DNA of 64,000 nucleotides from a bacterium. GTDB lineage: Bacteria > Zhuqueibacterota > Zhuqueibacteria > Zhuqueibacterales > Zhuqueibacteraceae. The position numbers and the translations under genes were made by a program. The stretch's first letter is position 1. Every line of letters starts with the position of its first letter. This document shows, piece after piece, positions 9,118 through 16,843 of the stretch. Location: assembly GCA_044869275.1 (NCBI GenBank), contig JBIOXB010000086.1, positions 1 through 64,000 of the forward strand. The letters are read 5' to 3'. The notes below the pieces were generated by a model. It was not told the DNA's origin, did no database searches, and saw only the letters and a list, made by a program, of their open reading frames with translations.

Positions 9118-10032
9118 ATGGTGAAATTCAATTTTCTTTGCTGGTTGTTGTGCGCGGCACTTGGGCTGGGCTGCGAACGACGTGGCCGTGAAGAACGCCA
9201 GCCTTCTGCTGCGCGTACGCGCGACAAAAACGAGCGCAAAACCTCGTCCCGTGCATTGGTTGAAACTCAGCAAATAAAGCTCGGGAAGTACTCGGCGCTG
9301 TATCTCAAAGTGGAATATCTCGGGGGCGCTCTCGATATCGAGGCAGACACTTCCGGCGCGCTGGCCGACCTGCGCTTCGAATTTGAAAACGAAGAAGATC
9401 GGCCTGAAATCGTCTTTGATTCCACCTCCACCAGCGCGTCGTTGAAAATTCACAGCTTTGATCGTCACCGTGAGCACGTCTCATTGGGTGTTTTGCGGGA
9501 GAGCCGCTGGCACCTCAAAATCTCGCCGCAAGTGACGCTGGATTGTCAACTCGAAGCCGGTGCAGTGGAGAGCCGGCTCAATTTTTCCGGCTTGAAACTG
9601 GAGAATTTGAGCATCGAGATCGGCGCAGGCGAATTGGATTTGATTTTTGACCAGCCCAATGTGGAACGGCCGCGCCTCAGCATCAATGCCGGGGCCGCAT
9701 CCACCGTGGCGCGAGGCTTGTGCCATGCCAATTTCAGCACGTTCGAGTTCCACGGGGGCGCGGGCAAATCCCATCTCAACTTCGACGGCGCGTATGAAGG
9801 TGAGGGCCGGGTGGATTTGAAATACGGCGTGGGTTTGAACACGGTATTGCTCGCCAAGGATTTGGGCGTGAAAATTCACAAATCCGGCTCGTTCCTGGCG
9901 CCAATGAGCCTGCATGGCTTCGAAAAAGACGGTGAAACTTATTATTCCAAAAACTATGATCAAGCGCACGGTCGCCTGGAATTTGACATCGAAATGGGTG
10001 TGGGACACACCACTGTAAGGTGGCTCGATTAG
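9118..10032 (+). CDS. Putative lipoprotein with beta-repeat (toast-rack/LiaF-like) domain
   Basis: Lipobox LGLGC after a hydrophobic stretch; repeated GAG/GVG beta-strand motifs. Confidence 0.65.
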   Translation: MVKFNFLCWLLCAALGLGCERRGREERQPSAARTRDKNERKTSSRALVETQQIKLGKYSALYLKVEYLGGALDIEADTSGALADLRFEFENEEDRPEIVFDSTSTSASLKIHSFDRHREHVSLGVLRESRWHLKISPQVTLDCQLEAGAVESRLNFSGLKLENLSIEIGAGELDLIFDQPNVERPRLSINAGAASTVARGLCHANFSTFEFHGGAGKSHLNFDGAYEGEGRVDLKYGVGLNTVLLAKDLGVKIHKSGSFLAPMSLHGFEKDGETYYSKNYDQAHGRLEFDIEMGVGHTTVRWLD

Positions 10033-10113
10033 AGCGCAAGCCGAGTTCCGCGCCTTTATCGGCCTGGAAGATCAGCATGATGATTTGACCTGCGCGGTCG
10101 TGAAGGTGGTGTA

Positions 10114-10200
10114 GGCTGGATGGATGCTGGATACTTGATACTTGATGCTGGATCGCGGATCAATATCCAGCCTCCAGTATCTAGCATCCAGTATCCAGCC
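10114..10200. repeat. Heptad tandem repeats arranged as an inverted pair
   Basis: GATGCTG/GATACTT units followed by complementary CAGTATC/TAGCATC units. Confidence 0.8.
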
Positions 10201-10225
10201 TTAACGAACCCAAGGAGACGAAAGC

Positions 10226-11407
10226 ATGATTCCTGCTTTGCGCGAACAATACAACCGGCAATTTTCCCGCGAAAAGTATCAAAAATTCCTGCACGCGCTC
10301 GAAGCCGCCGTTGGCGCGAAAGTCGAATTTCGCGTGTGTGAAACCCCGGTATTTTTGCCGCGCGCTTTGCTGGCTGAAATGCAAGGCGCCGCGATGGAAA
10401 TCATGGCACAATTGGCCGCACCAGAGTATTTGCAAGCCTCGCACCGCGCCGTACCCCTAGCTTTTCGTGTGCCGAAGGATGATGCGCATCCCGTTTTTCT
10501 CGCCATCGATTTTGCCATCACCATTGAAAAAGACGGCCGGCTCGCGCCCAGGCTCATCGAGCTGCAAGGCTTTCCTTCCTTATACGCTTTCCAGATGGTG
10601 CTGTCGCAAACTTATCAACGCCAATTCGGTTACGAATACCTGCGCTATCTCTTGAATGGCTTGTCTGAATCCGATTATATCAAGATGTTTCGCCAGGCGG
10701 TGGTGGGTGAGCATGATCCTGAAACCGTCATTTTGATGGAGATCGAGCCGGAGAAACAAAAAACCGCAGTGGATTTTTATTGCACCGAACGTTTCACCGG
10801 CGTCAAGGCGGTGGGTATCACTACCATCAAGAAGCGTGGCCACCGGCTCTATTATCATCATAACGGCAAAGAGACTCCGATTCACCGCATCTACAATCGC
10901 GTGATCGTGGACGAGTTCCTCAAAAAAGGCATTCAATGCGAATTCGATTTTCGCGACGAATTGGAGGTGGAATGGGCGGGACACCCGAATTGGTATTTCC
11001 GTTTGAGCAAGTTTTCGCTGCCGTTTTTGCGCCATCCTACCGTGCCACGTGCTACGTTTCTGCACCAACTCGAGCGCTATCCCGAGGATTTGCATAGCTT
11101 CGTGCTCAAGCCATTGTTCTCCTTTGCCGGCAGCGGTGTGCTCATTGAAGTCACGCGCGAAGCATTGGATGCGATTCCGGCCAGGGAGCGCGAAAATTAT
11201 CTGCTGCAGGAGAAGATTGAATATGGCCCAGTGATCCGCACGCCCAACGAACCGAGCAAAATCGAAATCCGCATGCTCTTCTTCTGGACGGACGAATTGC
11301 GCGCCGTAAGCACACTCGCGCGCTTGAGCAAAGGCAAAATGCTGGGGGTGGACTACAACAAGAACAAGGATTGGGTTGGGGCGTCGGCTTCTTTGTTTGA
11401 GGAATGA
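10226..11407 (+). CDS. ATP-grasp-like protein (circularly permuted / glutathionylspermidine synthase-like)
   Basis: IDFA..IELQGFP, VLKPLFSFAGSGV, YLLQEKI; RBS AAGGAG. Confidence 0.65.
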   Translation: MIPALREQYNRQFSREKYQKFLHALEAAVGAKVEFRVCETPVFLPRALLAEMQGAAMEIMAQLAAPEYLQASHRAVPLAFRVPKDDAHPVFLAIDFAITIEKDGRLAPRLIELQGFPSLYAFQMVLSQTYQRQFGYEYLRYLLNGLSESDYIKMFRQAVVGEHDPETVILMEIEPEKQKTAVDFYCTERFTGVKAVGITTIKKRGHRLYYHHNGKETPIHRIYNRVIVDEFLKKGIQCEFDFRDELEVEWAGHPNWYFRLSKFSLPFLRHPTVPRATFLHQLERYPEDLHSFVLKPLFSFAGSGVLIEVTREALDAIPARERENYLLQEKIEYGPVIRTPNEPSKIEIRMLFFWTDELRAVSTLARLSKGKMLGVDYNKNKDWVGASASLFEE

Positions 11408-11424
11408 ATCTACCAGAAAAGAAA

Positions 11425-11508
11425 CGTAAACGGATTAAGCGGATCGAGCAGATGATTATTCTGGCAAACGAATCTATAAAATCCGCTTTATCCGCTCGAT
11501 CCGCTTAC
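11425..11508. repeat. 9-bp-period inverted repeat
   Basis: CGGATTAAGCGGATCGAGCAGAT ... ATCCGCTTTATCCGCTCGATCCGC between convergent genes. Confidence 0.7.
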
Positions 11509-11527
11509 AAAGACAATAGCTGGATAG

Positions 11528-11629
11528 TACTACAACGTTAAGTCAAAGCCACCACCAGGCATGTCATCCCGAAGCTTCGGGATGACAGTGCTGCCTTTTG
11601 TGCAAATACGCGAACTTAACGTTGTAGTA
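11528..11629. mobile_element. MITE-like element (102 bp)
   Basis: Perfect 16-bp terminal inverted repeats TACTACAACGTTAAGT / ACTTAACGTTGTAGTA; internal perfect 26-bp palindrome at 11562..11587. Confidence 0.6.
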
Positions 11630-11697
11630 ATAGTTACAATTAATCGTCATTAAGCCGCAGAATCTGCTGCAGTGTGACTGGGTGGTTGAGAAGCCGG

Positions 11698-12699
11698 TCA
11701 CTTCTGCCGCAATTCAATACCTCCACCGCTGGTGCGTAACGTCAGCAACGGCCCGCCGCCGTTGAGCTTGCCCTGCAATTTGCCTTCTCCAAAAGAACCC
11801 TGGATCGTGATCGGTATATCACTGTGTACGTCTCCTCCGGATGAACGCGCATCGATATCGGCTTTAATCTCTTTTGCAAGATAGACCAAAATTCCACCGC
11901 CGGAAGTGGACATTTCACATGGCGCCGTCAACGCGGAGAGCAACTCCGCTTCCATGGAGCCACCAGAGGTGCTGGCATCCACATTGCCCCGCAAGTTGCG
12001 CAAACTCACACCTCCGCCGGAGGTATGCGCGCGCAAGTTGCCGCCTGCGCCATCAACCGTAATCGATCCGCCGGAAGTTTCGACATCCACTTCGCCGTCG
12101 ACCTCGCCGACGTCGATGCTGCCGCCGCTGGTATGCGCCACAAGATTGCCTTTGGATTGCCGTAGCGAGATGCTGCCGCCACTGGTATTGGCATTCACCG
12201 GGCCCTCGATGCGGCCGAGATCAAGCGAGCCACCGCTGGTTTTCACGCGCGCTTCACCGATGAGATCATCAACGGCGATGCTGCCACCGGAAGTATTGAG
12301 ATCGAGATTGTATTTCTGCGGCACGGTGATATGAAATTCCACCTGCAAGCCGTCGTTGTTGCGCCACCAGCGCGAGCTGCCGCCGCGCATTTCGGCAATA
12401 ATTGACACGCCGCGCTCGGTTTGGCTGTAGCGAATCTCGTAATCTTCAAACAATTCTTTTTCACTGCGGCGCGAGCGGCCTTCCACCCGTTTCACCACTT
12501 CCACTTTGACTTCGTCCTTCGGCCACGAGCGCACGTCAACCGAACCGAAATCTGCCCGCAAATCCAGCCAGCCGCCGGGCTTCACGGTGAATGACTTTTC
12601 GCTGCGTTCTTCTTGTGTGAAACCCGATTGACACGTCAGCAGTAAGCCCCAAAAAACCAGTTGCCATCTAAAAGAGAATAACAATTTCACAGCGGACAT
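11698..12699 (-). CDS. DUF4097-family beta-strand repeat protein (exported)
   Basis: Signal peptide; repeated TSGGSI motifs; C-terminal LNGGGPLLTLRTSGGGI; RBS GGAGG. Confidence 0.88.
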   Translation of the reverse strand: MSAVKLLFSFRWQLVFWGLLLTCQSGFTQEERSEKSFTVKPGGWLDLRADFGSVDVRSWPKDEVKVEVVKRVEGRSRRSEKELFEDYEIRYSQTERGVSIIAEMRGGSSRWWRNNDGLQVEFHITVPQKYNLDLNTSGGSIAVDDLIGEARVKTSGGSLDLGRIEGPVNANTSGGSISLRQSKGNLVAHTSGGSIDVGEVDGEVDVETSGGSITVDGAGGNLRAHTSGGGVSLRNLRGNVDASTSGGSMEAELLSALTAPCEMSTSGGGILVYLAKEIKADIDARSSGGDVHSDIPITIQGSFGEGKLQGKLNGGGPLLTLRTSGGGIELRQK

Positions 12700-12748
12700 T
12701 GTGCTTCCTCCTTTGCTCGAATGAAAGAATTAACCTCTTGCCGCAGAC

Positions 12749-12776
12749 TATACGAACCTTTTTCTCCTAAGGTTCC
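12749..12776 (-). promoter_or_regulatory. ECF sigma factor-type promoter
   Basis: GGAACC-N16-CGTATA about 50 bp upstream of the DUF4097 gene. Confidence 0.55.
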
Positions 12777-12961
12777 TTGGCAGCTTTCCATACACCTGCA
12801 TGTAGATGCCTGTTGAGACAAATAAAACATCAAAAGGTTGTCATCGTAGTCGACCTTGTTTGTATGTTCACCATCATTGACCGTTGCACAGCCAACTCTA
12901 TGGGCACTTGAAAAGTTCTACAGCATTCGAAGACTATTTTATCAAAATCCTCAAAAATAGT

Positions 12962-12990
12962 TTGGAATTTTTGAAAGTCCTATATATTAT
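12962..12990 (+). promoter_or_regulatory. Possible sigma70 promoter for the sigma54 activator
   Basis: TTGGAA-N17-TATTAT in AT-rich intergenic DNA 100 bp upstream of 13090. Confidence 0.4.
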
Positions 12991-13089
12991 TGCAGCAGAA
13001 ACCCTATCCAAGTGTGACAACCCACCACCTCGTATTCGCAACCTTAGCGCTAGTATAAAACAATCGTACCCCAATTAGGGGGGGATTCT

Positions 13090-14274
13090 ATGCCCAAGAA
13101 CCTGACGCTGGGTGGTTTCAAGTCTGAAGCAGCAGCATCTATTCATTCTCAGGAAACAATAACGGAAGCAGGTAATGTAAAAGAATCTGATCTTGCCAAG
13201 ATTCCGTATCAAAATTCGAACGATGGCGATCGTGCGTTTATTCTTACCCATCCTGAGGGTTCGCTACCCAGTGAGTCACTTCATGGTCTGGCTCAAGCGA
13301 ACCAAAGTCATCAGCCTCTGGAATTGGCAGACATTGACGTTCCCAATCTGGTCGGCAAAAGCGATAAGATGCGCGCGATATGTCGCCAAATCGGCCGAGT
13401 TGCACCGACCGATTGCACCGTCTATGTTCAAGGTGAAAGTGGAACAGGTAAGGAATTGGTGGCACACGCCATCCATTTTCACAGCGTGCGGGCAAGCCGG
13501 CCCTTTGTCCGTGTGAATTGTGCGGCGTTGCCAGAAAGCTTGATCGAAAGTGAATTGTTTGGGCATGTGCGAGGCGCTTTTACCGGTGCCGTACGCAACC
13601 GTGCCGGTCGTTTTGCGCAAGCTGAAAAAGGTACGATCTTACTCGACGAAGTAGGATCATTGTCGCTGGTCAATCAAGGCAAATTGTTGCGCGTTTTGCA
13701 AGAAAGGGAATACGAACCCGTCGGCTCTTCGTTGTCGCAAAGCGCGAACGTGCGCGTGATTGCCACGGATAATCATGACCTGGGGCAAATGGTACATACC
13801 GGTACCTTCCGTGAAGATTTGTTTTTTCGGCTGAATGTTTTCACCATCTCTATGCCAGCGTTGCGTGAGCGCCTGGAAGATCTGCCCTTGCTGCTTGAGC
13901 ATTTTTTGGAGAAATATGTCCACCTGAGCCCTGCGCGGGCGCCAGATGTTTCTCGAGAAGCGCTGTTGCTTATGCAGAATTATCACTGGCCTGGCAACGT
14001 CAGGGAATTGGAAAACGCCATTCAGCGTGCTTTAATTGTTGCAACTTCCGGGCTCATCGAACCCACCAACTTGCCACTGCCCATGCCTCGCTCTGTACCG
14101 CTGCTGAGTCATGCTGGCAAAGGGCTGTGCCTGCGTGAACGGTTGCGGCGCTGCGAAAAACAGGCGATCGAAGAAGCACTCGCACGCTGCGAGGGCGTGA
14201 AAAAAAGCGCTGCGCAGTTGTTGGGCATCGACCCCAAAAACTTGAGCCATTTGTTGCGCAAGCATGGGTTGTGA
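13090..14274 (+). CDS. sigma54-dependent transcriptional activator (AAA+, Fis-type HTH) with no recognisable sensor domain
   Basis: [49 protein letters not shown]-terminal HTH. Confidence 0.93.
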   Translation: MPKNLTLGGFKSEAAASIHSQETITEAGNVKESDLAKIPYQNSNDGDRAFILTHPEGSLPSESLHGLAQANQSHQPLELADIDVPNLVGKSDKMRAICRQIGRVAPTDCTVYVQGESGTGKELVAHAIHFHSVRASRPFVRVNCAALPESLIESELFGHVRGAFTGAVRNRAGRFAQAEKGTILLDEVGSLSLVNQGKLLRVLQEREYEPVGSSLSQSANVRVIATDNHDLGQMVHTGTFREDLFFRLNVFTISMPALRERLEDLPLLLEHFLEKYVHLSPARAPDVSREALLLMQNYHWPGNVRELENAIQRALIVATSGLIEPTNLPLPMPRSVPLLSHAGKGLCLRERLRRCEKQAIEEALARCEGVKKSAAQLLGIDPKNLSHLLRKHGL

Positions 14275-14568
14275 GTGTCTGATTCCGCAAGTGATTTTTG
14301 TTCTGTGGGGCCGACGTCCAGCAAGCGCGATACCAGACCCCGTCTATGACGCCCGTCCTGCTCATTAGTTTTATGACCTCGGTCGTAAGGATTAAGATCG
14401 ACAGTAAAGCTCTTGCTGAATTGCAGTTGTCCTCCCTGCTCGAATTCTCTCCTCATACATTTTATGAGCCCGGCCGGATATTCCGATTTCAAGCCGGCCG
14501 CGGCTTTTCCCTGCCAGGTTGTTAGAATCCTTCGATTTCCGCATTGAGATTCCCGCCCTCTGGTAATG

Positions 14569-14583
14569 CGGCATGATACTTGT
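14569..14583 (+). promoter_or_regulatory. Candidate sigma54 (-24/-12) promoter of the cluster
   Basis: CGGCATG-N4-TTGT versus consensus TGGCACG-N4-TTGC; correct spacing, mismatch at the -12 C; about 110 bp upstream of 14695. Confidence 0.45.
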
Positions 14584-14694
14584 CTTATCGCAGTCAACAA
14601 AATGACACGCCGCGGAGAAGAGTGTGCAATAGCCGTATGAAAGTCCGCGCATTCTTCGCGCGTTGCTGTTTATTCCCAACCAAAGGAGTATGCC

Positions 14695-15348
14695 ATGCAT
14701 GACTTGGATCGCACCACTGCAGAATTTGAAGCGGATCATGAGTATTATGAATCCGACGGACATGAGACGGAGTACGCCGGAGAATACGCAAGCGAAGTTC
14801 TGAGCGAAGCCGATGAGATGGAATTGGCTGCCGAGCTGCTCGAAGTCGCCTCAGAAGAAGAACTCGACCGTTTCTTCGGAAAGATTTTTCGCAAAGTTGC
14901 CGGCACGGTCGGCCGTGCCATCAAATCACCGATCGGCCAGAAAATTTTGGGCGGCTTGAAGGGCATCGCCAAAAAAGCCTTGCCGATTGCAGGGGGCGCG
15001 CTGGGCAGTGTTATCGGCGGCCCGGTCGGCGGCGCCATTGGCGGTAAGCTCGGCTCGTTCGCCAGCAACTTGTTCGAAGCGGAATTTGAGGGCATGAGTT
15101 ACGAGGACCAAGAGTTTGAAGTGGCGCGTCGTCTTGTGCGTTTGAGCGCGGAGGCCGCGAGTAATGCTGCGCAAGCGCCGGCTTCGCAAAATCCACAGGT
15201 TGCGGCGAATCAAGCCATGACCGCAGCCGCGCAACGGCACGCGCCGGGACTGCTCAGACAACGCTACGGCGTCGGCGCTTATGGCGGTGGCGGCCGCAGT
15301 GGGCGCTGGGTGCGTCGCGGACGCAAGATCGTGATCTACGGTGCATGA
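14695..15348 (+). CDS. Hypothetical protein: acidic leader, cationic amphipathic/glycine-zipper core, basic C-terminus
   Basis: RBS AAGGAG; 22 D/E in the first 58 aa; residues 59-127 have 11 K/R and no D/E; GGALGSVIGGPVGGAIGGKLG. Confidence 0.85.
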   Translation: MHDLDRTTAEFEADHEYYESDGHETEYAGEYASEVLSEADEMELAAELLEVASEEELDRFFGKIFRKVAGTVGRAIKSPIGQKILGGLKGIAKKALPIAGGALGSVIGGPVGGAIGGKLGSFASNLFEAEFEGMSYEDQEFEVARRLVRLSAEAASNAAQAPASQNPQVAANQAMTAAAQRHAPGLLRQRYGVGAYGGGGRSGRWVRRGRKIVIYGA

Positions 15349-15355
15349 GTACGCC

Positions 15356-16678
15356 ATGAGCACTGTATTCACAGCGGGCCCGACTTTGGCACAAGAAGCT
15401 GCGGCCTTGCTCACGCGCTTGGATCGTCTCAAGCCTTTCGCCTTGCACGTGCCGATGGTCGTCGCCGCCGCGATTTCACCCTCAGCACAAACGGCGATCG
15501 AGCAGCACATGCTTGCGGCACGGCGCGAATTGCGCGAACGCGTGCATGAATACCTCGACTGGTTATACGGTCCGGTAAGCCGGCGCGCGCCGCCACACGA
15601 GGTTCAACGCCGGTTTACGTTACTGCGCTTGCGTTTCAATCTGGTGCTCTCGGAGTTCGATATTTTTTCGGATGCGTTGACGCAACGCGCGGAGCACGAG
15701 CACGGCGTGTGGATGGCGGGACTCGATGCTCTCGCGGCTGATGCCTTGCGCTTGCCCGGAGATTATTACGAAACACCGCCGGTGATCTGCTATCTCGATC
15801 GCGGCATCGGCGCGGCGATTCGGCGCGTGCGCACGCGTTTGCCGGGCGGCAAGAAAAATCCTGTCGCTATCATTCGCGTGCCGCGCGAGCGTATGGTAGG
15901 CAGCGGCATCGCCTCCTCGCTCGTTCACGAAGTTGGACATCAAGCGGCGGCGCTCTTGGGATTGCTCGATTCTTTGCGGCCGGAGTTGCATGAGCAAATC
16001 GAGCTTCATCCCGAAACGCAACAAGCTTGGCAACTGTGGCAGCGCTGGCTCTCTGAAATCGTCGCGGATTTTTGGTCGGTCGCAAAGCTAGGCATTGCGG
16101 CAACATTTGGGTTGATGGCAGTGGTGAGTTTGCCGGCGCCATTCATGTTCCGCGTCAGCTCGGAGGATCCGCATCCTATGCCGTGGTTCCGGATGAAAAT
16201 CAGTTGTGCCATGGGCGAGGCGCTTTATCCCCATCCGCAATGGCGAGCTCTGGCAAAATTGTGGGAAGCGCTTTATCCCACGAATAATCTCGACGAGCCG
16301 CAGCGCGAACTCCTCCTCATGCTGGAGCGCAACCTGCCGGAGTTTGCAGATTGGCTGGTCGAGCATCGCCCGGCTTCATTGCACGGCGCTACTTTGCGCG
16401 AAGCGATTGTGGAAGAAACGCGCACACCGCAACGGTTGCTAGGGCTTTATCACGCGTGGGCCAAAGACCAGCAACAATTGCGTGAAACGCCGCCCTCCTT
16501 GGCATTCGCTGCTATCGGCCAAGCGCGCGCCGAGAACCAAATCAGTCCGCGCAAGGAAAGTGATTTGCTCGCGCAATTGCTCAACCACTGGGCGCTGCAG
16601 AATGCGCTCAATACTTCGGCAGAGTGCAGCGTGCGAACCGGCGCGCGGGAGTTTGCGCCGCGTATGTTGGCGAGTTGA
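15356..16678 (+). CDS. Putative zinc metallopeptidase (HExxH, gluzincin-like)
   Basis: LVHEVGHQ followed by WLSEIVAD; start could instead be the GTG at 15341. Confidence 0.65.
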   Translation: MSTVFTAGPTLAQEAAALLTRLDRLKPFALHVPMVVAAAISPSAQTAIEQHMLAARRELRERVHEYLDWLYGPVSRRAPPHEVQRRFTLLRLRFNLVLSEFDIFSDALTQRAEHEHGVWMAGLDALAADALRLPGDYYETPPVICYLDRGIGAAIRRVRTRLPGGKKNPVAIIRVPRERMVGSGIASSLVHEVGHQAAALLGLLDSLRPELHEQIELHPETQQAWQLWQRWLSEIVADFWSVAKLGIAATFGLMAVVSLPAPFMFRVSSEDPHPMPWFRMKISCAMGEALYPHPQWRALAKLWEALYPTNNLDEPQRELLLMLERNLPEFADWLVEHRPASLHGATLREAIVEETRTPQRLLGLYHAWAKDQQQLRETPPSLAFAAIGQARAENQISPRKESDLLAQLLNHWALQNALNTSAECSVRTGAREFAPRMLAS

Positions 16679-16843
16679 GGTTTCATTTGTCGCCATTTGT
16701 ATAAAAAGTATTCTATTGAATGACATCGTTTGGGTGGAGCCGCACTCAACCACCATAGCAAATGATCTGCACTCAAATCATCATGCCGGCGTTTTTCGCA
16801 GGAAATACCAACTGCGTTTGAACATTTTTGAAGGAGACATGAC

